Source of the DNA: Cystobasidiomycetes sp. EMM_F5
Taxonomy: Eukaryota
Direction of reading: 5' to 3'
DNA: 64,000 nucleotides
Assembly (NCBI GenBank): GCA_051047955.1
Contig: JBPGPT010000010.1
Coordinates: forward strand, 186,001 to 250,000
Part shown: in pieces, positions 50,834-62,208 of the stretch
Layout: the number at the start of each line of letters is the position of its first letter
How positions within the stretch are numbered: position 1 is the first letter of the stretch
Program-made: the position numbers and the translations under genes
Notes under the pieces: model-generated
Told to the model about the DNA's origin: nothing
Database searches by the model: none
What the model saw: only the letters and a program-made list of their open reading frames with translations

Positions 50834-51629
50834 ATGCTGTCTCCGTACCACACAGTACTTCTCGGTGCCCTAACGGTGCTGTCCACGCGTCTCCCCGGTG
50901 CGCGACGAGGCCTTTGTCAAGTGAATGTCAAGCTGAAACTCGTAAGCAGGTGCTCTGGCTGCCGATGCCGCGCCTCCTACACTTTCGAACTTCGATTGCT
51001 ACACTGGGTACACATGGGGATGCTCCCTCAAAGACGTTGCGGCAGGCGATGCGTACACCGGCCCTCCCAAAGTGAGGCTTTTGGTTAAGCTTCGAATTAG
51101 AAAGCTAATGATCTCTGCCTGCAGGCCGCTTGCCAGAAATTCATAGACGAACTCAAGACTGACGATATGGTCTCGTTGTCTGCCACAGCGAAGGTTACTA
51201 GCAACTTTACTTGGCCAGCAACACAGGATTCAGCCAATGACTGCATTATATATATGTAGGTGCCGTTTGTACGCTGCGCGCGTATGCGCTGCTTGGGCTG
51301 AGTTCACTCATCGCCAAAACAGTACGAATCAAATGCCCGACACTACTTTCCAGTTCAAGAAACGTGATTTAGCCACGGCAGCTCAAGCTCTTCTGGACGG
51401 ATGTCTGTTTGCCACGCCGCAGAACAACGATGGAGTCTGCATTGTTCAATCTCCAGGAGGAGGCGCCAATGCCAACGATGTCGGCTACTGGTCTCGCATC
51501 AACGTAAAGAAGTGGTCAGCTGCTTTCCCTGCACCGAAAACTTCGACAAGCTCTACAGTCGGCACTACATCGGGAGGCGCATCAACGTCGGTAGTCCCCA
51601 GATCCCGCTTGCCGTCGCAGGCGCGATGA
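50834..51629 (+). CDS. Secreted 6-Cys family, copy 3 (4 exons, Ser/Thr-rich tail)
   Basis: MLSPYHTVLLGALTVL signal; NFDCYTGYTWGCS..GPPK|AACQKFIDELKTDDMV..NDCIIY..QMPDTTFQFKKRDLA..LLDGCLFATPQNNDGVCIV. Confidence 0.87.
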
Positions 51630-52105
51630 TTCCGCCATCTATCAGGCGGTGTGCAGTCTTGCTTAAGGTCAGGTCTTGCGGTATAGGCTGTACATGTCCT
51701 TGATCTAGTCTGTTGCTAAATGAAGCAGCTCAATTTACCGCTACATTGAAAGAGCGTCCTTGCGCCTATATTGCGTTTTCCTGTCTCGACGGCAAGGCCC
51801 CTTTGATGGCACGCGTAACGGCTATACTCCTCTCTTGCTCCCTACAGATCATCGGCACTGTACCTTTTCGCACCTTGGCACGTCATGATTCTCAGCACGG
51901 ATGAGCGCCGGCACATGCACACTGCAGTTTCCCAGCGAGTTTAAGCAGAAATTCCAGCATTTGTGCCGAACTTGCATTGTTTTGCATGAACAATGGCTTA
52001 CATTGTGGTTAAAGAGCTTCGTGTCTTGCTTGGTTTTCTCTTTCTTCACTCTATCTCACGGCCTCAGAACGTCGAAAGCACATCAGAACAGCATCCGATC
52101 ACATC

Positions 52106-52880
52106 ATGCCTTCCATCAACTCAATCCGACCACTCTTTACCCTAGCTGGACTAGCCGCAATATTGGTGCAACTTCAATGTGCGTGGAAGGCAGCCGCGTT
52201 GTTCCGCATACTTGCATGCCGTTAAGCTGACGCGTCGTTCAGCTGTATCAGCAGGTCCCGTCACATCACTGCCAACGTTGACCGACTTCACATGCCAATC
52301 CGCACCGGTCTGGTACGTCATCGCTACCTGAACGTGTTCACGAGCGGTTCTGACGGCCTCTCCCTGCAAACAGCGGTCCTGGAGCCTCCGTGGTCGACGA
52401 CAGTCATCCGTATAGCGGCCCTGACAAAGTGAGTCTACCGAATGCTTCCAATTCATGCCGCGTAGTAATGTCCTGCACAGTCAGCATGCGCGAAGTACAT
52501 CGCTGAGCTGATGACCGACGATATGGCCAATCCAACCGAGACGGGCACGTTCATGGGCACCCGCTTTACGTGGCCGACCGCACGAGATGCCGCAAATGAT
52601 TGCCAAATTGTTTTGTGAGTTCCGAAATCATGCATAGTCTACACATAGCCTGATTCGTTAGCGAAGGTGGAACCACATGCCCGGCTTTAACTTTGAATTC
52701 AAAAAGAGAGACTTAGCGGCGGCGGCTCAACAGCTGCTGGACGGGTGTGTTTTCGGCAATCCTCAATACAATGATGCTGCTTGCAAGGTCACCCCACCCG
52801 CAGGTGGGTACACAAGCGAGCAAGTCGACAGAAGCAACGTTGGCTACTGGCCGGAAGTATATCTTCAGAAATGGGCTTGA
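52106..52880 (+). CDS. Secreted 6-Cys family, copy 4 (divergent, 5 exons)
   Basis: Signal MPSINSIRPLFTLAGLAAILVQL; FTCQSAPVC..YSGPDK|SACAKYIAELMTDDM..FTWPT..NDCQI..HMPGFNFEFKKRDLA..LLDGCVF..NDAAC..VGYW. Confidence 0.82.
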
Positions 52881-53175
52881 GATGACCATTTGTGGTGGAC
52901 ACAGAGAGGGAACGCACAGAGTATCTTGTCAGAATGTTTCAGCAGACTTGAGACTTTGTTCATCAGCGTGCGGTGCGCGCCCAACCAGATTTGTCGGACA
53001 GCTTGTTGTACGTGAATGTCAATGCGAGCCTTCTCCCTCGAACAGCGCTAGCACTCAGGCTTGTCATCTCCTGACGATTTTGCTTTGGGAATAGGTGTGA
53101 AAATGCGCGTTGTTCAGTTCGGATTTTGGTAAGTGCATGTGGCAGCGGGCGTATCACAAGGAAGACGATATATCA

Positions 53176-55050
53176 ATGATGTCAGCGAGAACTCTGATCC
53201 GTCCTGTCGCCAGCCTGTGCCAACATCAGCTTGCCTCGGTCCCAACTTTCGCCGTCTCGCCGTTGAACTGGAGAAGACCGTATTCGACGTCTGAAAAGAC
53301 TGCCACACCATCACCGCTATCCAAAGCTCAAGATGTTGCAATCGCTGGCCAACAGGCTCATCTTCCTGGCGAGCTGATGCGAATCTTCGTTTCTCACATA
53401 AAGGTTAGTTGTGACAGAGGTAACAGCGTCGGAGCGAAACCTCGCAGAATACGAATCATAACCTAAAATACGGGCATATTATCAGACACATGGCCCTCTT
53501 CCTCTGTCTCGATACATCTCTCTATGCCTATCTCATCCGACACTCGGATACTATACGCGAGCGCAGCGATATAGCCCGGATCATGACACAATCATTGGCA
53601 AGACTGGCGATTTCGTTACAAGCCCTGAAATAAGCCAAGTCTTTGGTGAAGTACGTAGAGCCTCTGTCCTTATTGTCCAAGCTGACATTCGTCCTGTTTC
53701 CTTTAACATTAATAGTTGCTCGCAATATGGTACATTTCGCAATGGCAAGCCCAAGGTATGCCAGACAAGATACGCATTGTCGAATTGGGGCCCGGCAGAG
53801 GCACACTAATGGACGACTTGCTACGGGTAAGCTTTGCTCATTGAGATTTAAGTCTGCCTGTAAATTCTAAGAAAGGGTATCTTGTGCATATACAGACGCT
53901 CTCGTCCGTGCGATCCATGTCTGGCAAAGTATCGGACGTTCACCTCGTGGAAACGAGCCCCTACATGCGGCAGATGCAGAAGGCGAAGCTAGGGCAGTAC
54001 CCCTCAGTTCGCGTGCATTGGCACGATCGGATACAAGACGTTCCGCAAGCAGCGGATGATACCTTCACGATACTGGTGGCTCATGAGTTTTTCGATGCAT
54101 TGCCCATACACCGTTTCGAAAAGCGGCCTGAAGGATGGCGAGAAGTCTTTGTTGACATCGATGTGCAACAGACTTCGAGCAAGATCATCATTGATCCTCG
54201 TCAGCCCACGCCATCAAGGGATACAGGCACAAAGCTGCGCTATGTACTGTCAAAAGCAGAGACGGTAGCATCACGGTTGCTTCTCCGGAAAGATCAGCCC
54301 GAGCTGGATAAATTGAGCGGGGGTGCAAGAGTCGAAATTAGTTCAGAGGCGTACGAGATTGCCATCCATGCAGCCAGATTGCTCAACAAGCGAGGAGCAG
54401 GACTCATCATAGATTACGGAGGGGAGCAGACATATTCCAACAGTTTTAGGGTGCGAATGAACACCTTACGAGCGCTTATGCTACATTGTTACTGACTGCC
54501 CAAAACATTGCAGGCATTCAAACAGCATCAGATTGTAGATCCGCTCGAGCAGCCTGGCTCGGCGGATCTGACGAGTAATGTAAACTTCCAATTCTTACGT
54601 GATGCGTTAACAGCACCGTCACTAGACATGATCGATCTGGATCAATTGCGCCGAGATCAATCCGACAAGTTGCTCGACCAAAGCCACGCGCCGGCACCAA
54701 AAGCAGCCGTCCTCAACGAAGCGGCGGCGGTGTCGCATACTAGCAGTCCAAACGCAGCTTTCGATCAGAGCGCCGTCGAACAGGCTCGTGCCATCTTCGT
54801 TCCGAAGCTCCAATCTCAACGTTCCTTCCTCCTCTCGATGGGGCTTCAGACGCGTGTGCAAAAGCTGCTGGATGCGTGTCGTACGGAGGAGCGTGCACGA
54901 GATATCATCAAGGCAGCCGAACGCCTTGTTGACAAGAATGAGAAGGCGAGCGGGATGGGAAAGGCATTTAAAGTGATGGCGTTTGTGCCTGCAGAACCCG
55001 GTGCCGGAGATGGCCAGCAAGTATTTCCTTTCGGCGTGGAGCTAGACTAG
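53176..55050 (+). CDS. NDUFAF7: Mitochondrial complex I assembly arginine methyltransferase NDUFAF7/MidA
   Basis: Presequence-like N-terminus; [51 protein letters not shown] and [12 protein letters not shown]. Confidence 0.92.
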
Positions 55051-55091
55051 CGTGCATGTGGGCGTAGTAGTCCTCAACGAGAGCGCTGGTT

Positions 55092-55909
55092 CTACCTGTA
55101 CGAATCACTCTTGTGTCTGGGCTCTTTGGATCCACCCCGTTCCAGTCTGTACTTTCTCTCCTGCTCTTTTGCCTCTCTTCGTTCCGGGGAAGCCTCCCGA
55201 CGACGACTTTTATCTGATCGTTGCGAGTCTCTGTCTTGTTGCAGTCCGCCCCGGGGTCGCACTGCATCGGTATCTGCAATACTAGCACTAGTGGCGGCTT
55301 GAGTCTCGCTTGCCAATGCCTTTGCTGCTCGCTCCTGATCCTTCTTGTATGTTAGTTTACCCTTGCATCTATCACATAGCACTACTTTGACGAGTGCCTG
55401 TTTGTGTACACCCTGTTCCACGTATGCAAAGTTGAGTTGGTATGGCTCGAGATGCCGCTTCACGAGTGGTCGCGTATCTTCTTCCTCCTCGCCTCGAGCG
55501 TTGATGCGAGGTGACCTTGCAACGTAGACGGGTGTATGGTGTCTGCACGTCAGTGATCCGCAAGTGAGCTGTGTTTCGAGTCAGTCAAGTAAAAGAGTAA
55601 CGTTGGCAATATTGGGCTTACCTCGCCAATCCTCTCCAACACTTCCTCCTCCGTCCTCCATCTCAACGCAATGCCTCCCGTCTTGTACTGGGACAAGTCA
55701 CACACGGCATACTCTCGAAACAGCTTGTTGTACCAAGACAACGCCAGCTTGTCCTCCCACGTCAGTCGACTCCCATTACCAATCGCAGCACCATCGCTCG
55801 ACTCGTCTCTGATGAACTGGTGGTGCTGCTGGAGGATAGCGAGTTCAGAGAGTGACGTCGGACGGTTCTTTGGGTCTGGCCGGGAGAAGCGGTGAAGGTG
55901 ACGAGACAT
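55092..55909 (-). CDS. FRA10AC1: FRA10AC1 family spliceosome-associated protein
   Basis: HQFIR, WEDKLA..YNKLFREYAVCDL..YK.G.IALRWRTEEEV, NFAYVEQG..KQALVKV.LC..C..KL. Confidence 0.9.
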
Positions 55910-56121
55910 GGTCTGGGCGTATGTTGTAGACCATATCAATGCATCTTGTGGACGTTGTAAGCCTCAATTGAAGCAATATTGACCGTTACTTGCTGCATTT
56001 TGCGATTGATTGCCTCGGACTCCGGTAACGGCACTGATCTGGTGGGCTAAGTTGGCTGCAGGCCATACATCCATGACGCTGTAGTATTCCACGCTGACCA
56101 CCCTATGCTCCCAGTATCAAT

Positions 56122-59100
56122 ATGGACGCCATCCCACCCAAGTCGCGCTCGCTGCGTCGCATGTACAGTCACCGTGACGCGCGAGAAGGTATCAGCACTG
56201 GCGACAATTTAGGCCATTCGGCGGGCTACAGCACTACAGCAATGGCACACCCAGCCCTCATTGCAAAGTACCGTAAACCAGGACAGAACCTGGCAGACGC
56301 TGCCTCTGCGACCGAGTTCTCGAGCAAGAGATGGGTGTGGTGTCCTGATGCACAGGCAGGCTACGTCGGAGGCTGGGTAGTCGACGAGGACGCGCAGAAT
56401 GGCACATGCACTGTCGCCTGTGTGGACGATAAGGTGGGGAACAGCAGCTGTACTCTGGCCTGGCTCGTGTAGGCTGACACTTGCTCGTGTTTACTATACT
56501 GCGCGTGTGCGCAAACCCCCTGTTTTGCCACTATTTCATCGCAAACACTACACAGACGAGGACAGTCTCCGCCGACGAGATATCAAAGATGAATCCCCCG
56601 AAAGTGAGTAGGGATCTGCTCGAGATGCCGCGAATCCGACTCAGTTTTATCCCAGTTTGACAGGGTGGAAGACATCGCAGACCTGACATTTCTAAATGAA
56701 GCGAGCGTCGTGCATAACCTACGCGAAAGATATACTTCGGACATGATATATGTAAATACTCGTGAAGCATCTCTCAACCTGCGTTTCGCTGCTTATACCC
56801 TGCCCCGCAGACATACTCTGGGCCCTTTCTCGTGGCCGTCAACCCATACCGCAGCTTGCCTATATACGGGCAGGACGCTATACAACTATACAAGAGTCGG
56901 CGGAAAGAAGAATGTCCTCCCCATGTATTTGCCATTGCAGAGCGAGCGTGGCAGAATATGGTCGGCGAACGAGAGGGGCAGTCGATACTGATTACGTAGG
57001 CATAGCATATCACTTCGTCTGGGTCACACAGACTCACTGTTCTGTCCTATCTGTAGCGGCGAGTCTGGCGCTGGAAAGACCGAAAATACGAAAAAGGTCA
57101 TTCAGTATCTGACAGCCATAGCAGCTGAAGCTGCACATGCCCTTCCACCGTCAGGGTCTGCGTCCTCAATTGAAGACACAATGGGGCGCAGTCATACAAG
57201 CGCAGGAGCAGCGAGAGCAGAGGGTCGAGAGCTGGAAAATCAAATCATACAAGCTAATCCAATCCTCGAGGCTTTTGGAAACGCGCAAACTGTGCGAAAC
57301 AACAATTCCTCCAGATTTGTACGTTATACTTTACACTACATGCGTCGACAAGCCCCTAAATTGAGCATACACGACAGGGCAAATTTGTCAGGATTGAATT
57401 TGCTTCGGCAGGTACGATTGCGGGGGCTACTATCGATTGGTACCTCCTGGAAAAGTCTCGTGTCACCGCTCGAAGCGAGAAGGAGCGCAACTTTCACGTC
57501 TTTTATCAACTGCTGCGTGGTGCCAGCCGGGAGCTGAAGCGTGAGGGCGTTGTTCGTGAAAACCCTAACGCACCCGTTGACGCTATGACTGTATTCAGGC
57601 GAGCTCTTGCTTGCTGGAGGACCGGAAGACTATGAATACTTGAAGCACTCTCGGTTGAGTATCGAAGGTGTCGACGACAATGAGGAATGGCGGAGCTTAG
57701 AGGTTCGTGGGCAACCCATTCCATATTTGGGTCGAGGCTGATGCAATCTTGTAGCACGCCTTGCGAGTGGTGGGCTTCTCCGCTGCTGAGCAGTTCAACC
57801 TCTTCAGAGTCGTCTCTGCAATCCTGCATATCGGAAACATCGCCGTCACGGGCAGTGGGACAGAGCAAGCCTATATTCGTGACAACTCTGCACTCGAAAA
57901 GGTGTGTCATCTTCTCGGTCTCCCGCTCGTCGAATTCTCGAAAGCTCTGCTGCGGCCAAAGGTCAAAGCAGGGAGAGAGTGGGTCACCCAGTCGAGGAGC
58001 AAGAAACAAGTTGAGGACGAGATGGGCGCACTCTGCAAGGCCATGTATGAGAAGAGCTTTGGAGCGCTCGTCGACCGCATCAACCGCGCATTGGACCGTC
58101 CGACCATTAAGTCCACATTCATTGGCGTTCTTGATATTGCAGGCTTCGAAATCTTTGAGACGAACGGCTTCGAACAGCTCTGTATTAATTATACAAATGA
58201 GAAGCTTCAACAATTCTTCAATCACCACATGTTTATCCTGGAACAGGAGGAATACGCGCGGGAGAGCATCGATTGGGAATTTGTCAACTTTGGCCACGAT
58301 CTGCAGCCTACTATCGACCTCATCGAGTCGACATCGCCTATTGGCATTCTGTCGTGCTTGGACGAAGAGTGCATTATGCCCAAAGCTTCCGACGCAACTT
58401 TTACCGACAAGCTTCATCAACTAAACAAGCGGACGCACAGAAACTCTGTTCTAGAAGACAAGGATGGCTCGATTGCACAGTCGACTTCGAAGTATGCGCC
58501 CGCCCGCTTCGACATGGGTTTCACCATAACCCACTATGCAGGCAAGGTGGAGTATCGCACCGATGGCTGGCTAGACAAGAATCGCGATCCACTGAATGCC
58601 AACATTACATCCGTTCTTGCCAATTCCTCTGTCGAGTACATTGCTTCGCTGTTTGAAGAGTACAGAGACGAGGACATCGGCGATGTCGACCAACGTAACG
58701 GTAATCCGAAACGACGTACGAAGAAAGGCGCTTTCCGTACAGTTGCTCAGCGGCATAAGGAACACTTAAAGTCGCTCATGTCGCAATTACAAGATACCCA
58801 GCCTCACTTCGTGAGATGTATAGTGCCCAACAACAAGAAGAAAGCAGGACAGGTGGACGTACCGCTTGTTCTTGACCAGCTGCGCTGCAACGGTGTCCTG
58901 GAAGGTATTCGAATCGCCCGACTTGGCTATCCCAACAGGCTACCGTTTGTCGAGTTCAAGCAAAGATACGAGGTTCTTACACCAGGTATCATACCCAAAG
59001 GATATATGGACGGTCGAAAGGCTTCCCAGCGTATTACTGAGGCTCTCGAACTGGACTCTGCCGTTTTCCGTATCGGTCTCAACAAGATATTCTTCAAATC

Positions 59101-61710
59101 CGGTATACTTGCAGAACTCGAAGAGAAGCGCGATGAGCTGTTGTACGACATCTTTGCGCGCTTACAAGCTGGCTGCAGGAAGTTTGTATGTATGCGTCGA
59201 GTCCGCAAGCAGCTAAACCGCGATGCGGCCATTCGAACCATACAACGCAACGCAAGGATATACCTCGAACTAAAGTCGTGGCCATGGTGGCCATTGTACA
59301 CCAAAGTCCGACCTCTTTTGGCTGCAACTCGTACTGATGAAGCTCTGAAACGGAAAGAAGCGGAATTGCTGCTTGTGCAAGAAAGGGCAATCAGGGATCA
59401 GCAAGAGAAGGAGAAGCTCGGTCAGCTAAAGCAGGCTTTAGAAGCAGAGCGCAAGAAGATACAAGATACTTTGGACAACGAGCGAGCTGCAAACGCTGAC
59501 AAGGATGATTTACTTGCGCGCTTAAAACAGCGCCAAACGTCGCTCGAGGAGGAGGTCGCTACTATGCAAATCGTAAGCAGAATATCACGGCTTGTTTCGG
59601 GCACCGATTTGACATCGATCACAGGATCTGGACACTTTAGACAGTCAGCTAGATCGCGCCTTAGTAGCACACGCTGCCAGCGAAAAGCGCTTCACTGATG
59701 TCAAGCAAGCGTTTGACGATGCTGCCATTCAGTTGGCTCGACTCGAAGCGGAGACGCAAAACTATCGCAGCCGAGATGCCAACTTGGCAGACGAACTCGA
59801 CAATAATCGTGCTCAGATCGAAGCCTTGACTCAGTCCAAGTTACTTCTGACATCACAACTCGATACCGCACAGCGAAAGCTCGCGGAGAAAAGCGAGGAT
59901 CATCAGCGCGCACAGCAACGACTGGAAGCTTCGCAAGCAGACTTGCAAGGGAAGCTTGGAATCTTACTCCGGGAGAAGGAGCTGCGTAGTGCACAACTCG
60001 TATCTGCGGAGACCCAGCAACGTAGTCTGGAGCAACAGATTGCTGAACTTAAACGAGCCGCTGATTCAGCAGAATCATCTGCGAAGCAGAAAGATCGTGA
60101 TGCTGCCAGGTTGCAGGGTCAAATCACAAGCGCTCAGGACAAAGAACGTCAAGCGTCCAACGAGCTGTCAGAAACTCGTGTCCGCGTGGACACATTGACA
60201 AAGCAGCTTTTCAATGCTAAATCGGAGTCTGAACGAATTGGGCAGCAAAAAGCGGCTGTCGAGTCCGAATTGGACAAAATGAAAATGATCTTGGCTGCAA
60301 AGTCGTCTGAAGATGTCAAACAGAGGGAGGTGGCGTCACTGAAGGAACAAGAAATCGTCGAGTTACGCTCTCAGGTGCGAGCCCTAAATTACGAATTGGA
60401 GGCCACTTCACGGTCCAGCAGTGAGAAGGTGGACTCCCTGCGCATAGAGGTGGGTTCTTGGCTTCCGGCCTCGCAGATGTAGTACTGACAGGAGTCCAAT
60501 GCAGCTGGAAAATGCGAAAGAAGCATCCTCGACTGCTAGCAGTGCACTTGTCAGAGCTGTAAATGATGTAAAGGAGCATTCCCTCCGCCTGGCGGAAGTC
60601 GAGCGCGTTCTGGCTGCGAGTGAACAGTCAAGCCGATCTACCGCAAGCCAACTGGATATGACGAGGACACAACTCCAGGAGGCTGAACGCCAATTAAAGA
60701 TCTACAAAACGGAACGCGATTCTTTTGAGCGGCAAGTCACCGACTCCCGTGCCAGTCTGCAAAGTCTTGAAGATGTAGCACTGCAAGCCCAGCGCGACGT
60801 CTCCGCTAAGCAGCTTGAAATGGAGGCGCTAGGCGATAGGCTCGAGGCCGAGATGACTAAACGCATGCACTTAGAGAAGGCTGCGCGGACAACGCAGAAT
60901 GAGATTGACTCATTGCAGCTGCGCATAGTCGAGCAGGATCAGTACATCAGCGGTTTACGCAAGGACTTGCAAGAGCGTAATGCAGAGTTAGCAAAATCGC
61001 TGTCGATGCAGGACAAGACTATAGTGGAGCACGTTCACGTTCTGGAGGAGGCAAAGCGCTACACAGACAAGCAGCTGGCTGAGTGAGTCTAAGATTTGCC
61101 GCGACGCGCTTCAGTCACAAGCTGAACTGCATTTTCACATTACAGTACGCAAAGTCGTCTGGCTTCTCTCACCACGTACAGTCGAACACTTGAAAAGACA
61201 AAGGCGCGTTTGCAGGCAGAATTGGAAGACCTCACGCTGCAAAATGATCGAGAGCGACTGGACGAGCGTGCTATCGACCGTCAATTCCGTAAGCTCGAAG
61301 AACAAGCAGAAAAGGCAGTCAAGCGCCTTGAGCAAGAGGAGCGTATTAGACAGGTCGCTGAGCAAGATGTTGCTCGGTTGACTGCCGAGGTGCAGCGACT
61401 CAAGCAGCAAGCCGCAAGTGTAAACGGGCCTGCTGTCGGCATGGCTCGCAGTCGAAGCGCTTTCGAGAACACTCCTCCACCAGGCCACGAACCACAAGGT
61501 ATTAATGGCTCAAGCACCAAGAGACGATACGATGGTCTCATGGCTGACTTGGAACATCGCGATATTTACAACAAAGATGGCGTTAAGGACGATGCTCTAA
61601 GAGGGCGGATATTGCGCGAGCTCACTGACGCGAACCGCGAGCTTGCAGCTGGTATGCGAGGCACGCTTGCAGGTGTTAGCAGCACGCAGAAGATGATGAA
61701 TCATAGGTAA
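56122..61710 (+). CDS. Type II myosin heavy chain
   Basis: SH3-like N-terminus (WVWCPD), GESGAGKT P-loop, [29 protein letters not shown] motif, WPWW..KVRPLL and coiled-coil tail. Confidence 0.95.
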
Positions 61711-61792
61711 TGTAGTAGTGCTTACTGTACATTACTGCTTCAGCAATGCAGCTGCGTGAATGTTGTATACGATGCGCAAGCAAGATTTGGCG

Positions 61793-61816
61793 TGACTACG
61801 CTGATGACTACGCTGA
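61793..61816. repeat. 12-bp tandem duplication (TGACTACGCTGA x2)
   Basis: Read directly downstream of the myosin stop codon. Confidence 0.75.
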
Positions 61817-62208
61817 TATTGATCCCTGCCACCGCAGCGACGACATGATGGGGGGAGCATTCTTTGCCACATGCATCCGGAAGCCTGATGCTTACCCGAG
61901 TCGACTGCTATCCCGCCCACAGTGACGTGCTTCTCCTCTTGACTTCTATGTAACTCCATGAGACAGCTCAAAGCAGAAAATACGACTTGCGACTGTTGAC
62001 TCCGCTAGCTCTCGAGCGGGCCACCACAGCCAAATCAAGCTCAACAAAGCTGTCCGATTCTAACACCATCTCTACATTGCCTTGGTACTCCAGCGGTACT
62101 ATCAGACACTCTCGAGATGGCGATAGCCGTCTGAGCGCAAGATTCTACCACTCGTAAAGACTGGGGGCGGCAGCCACGAGACATCACATGGATTGTGGAG
62201 ACCAACTA

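Noticed and set aside
31134..61710. Cytokinesis gene cluster (SIN Cdc14 and myosin II) or splicing-factor cluster (FYV6, SAD1, Ars2, FRA10AC1)
   Set aside because: The genes are separated by many unrelated loci; co-occurrence in a gene-dense 64 kb window is expected by chance.
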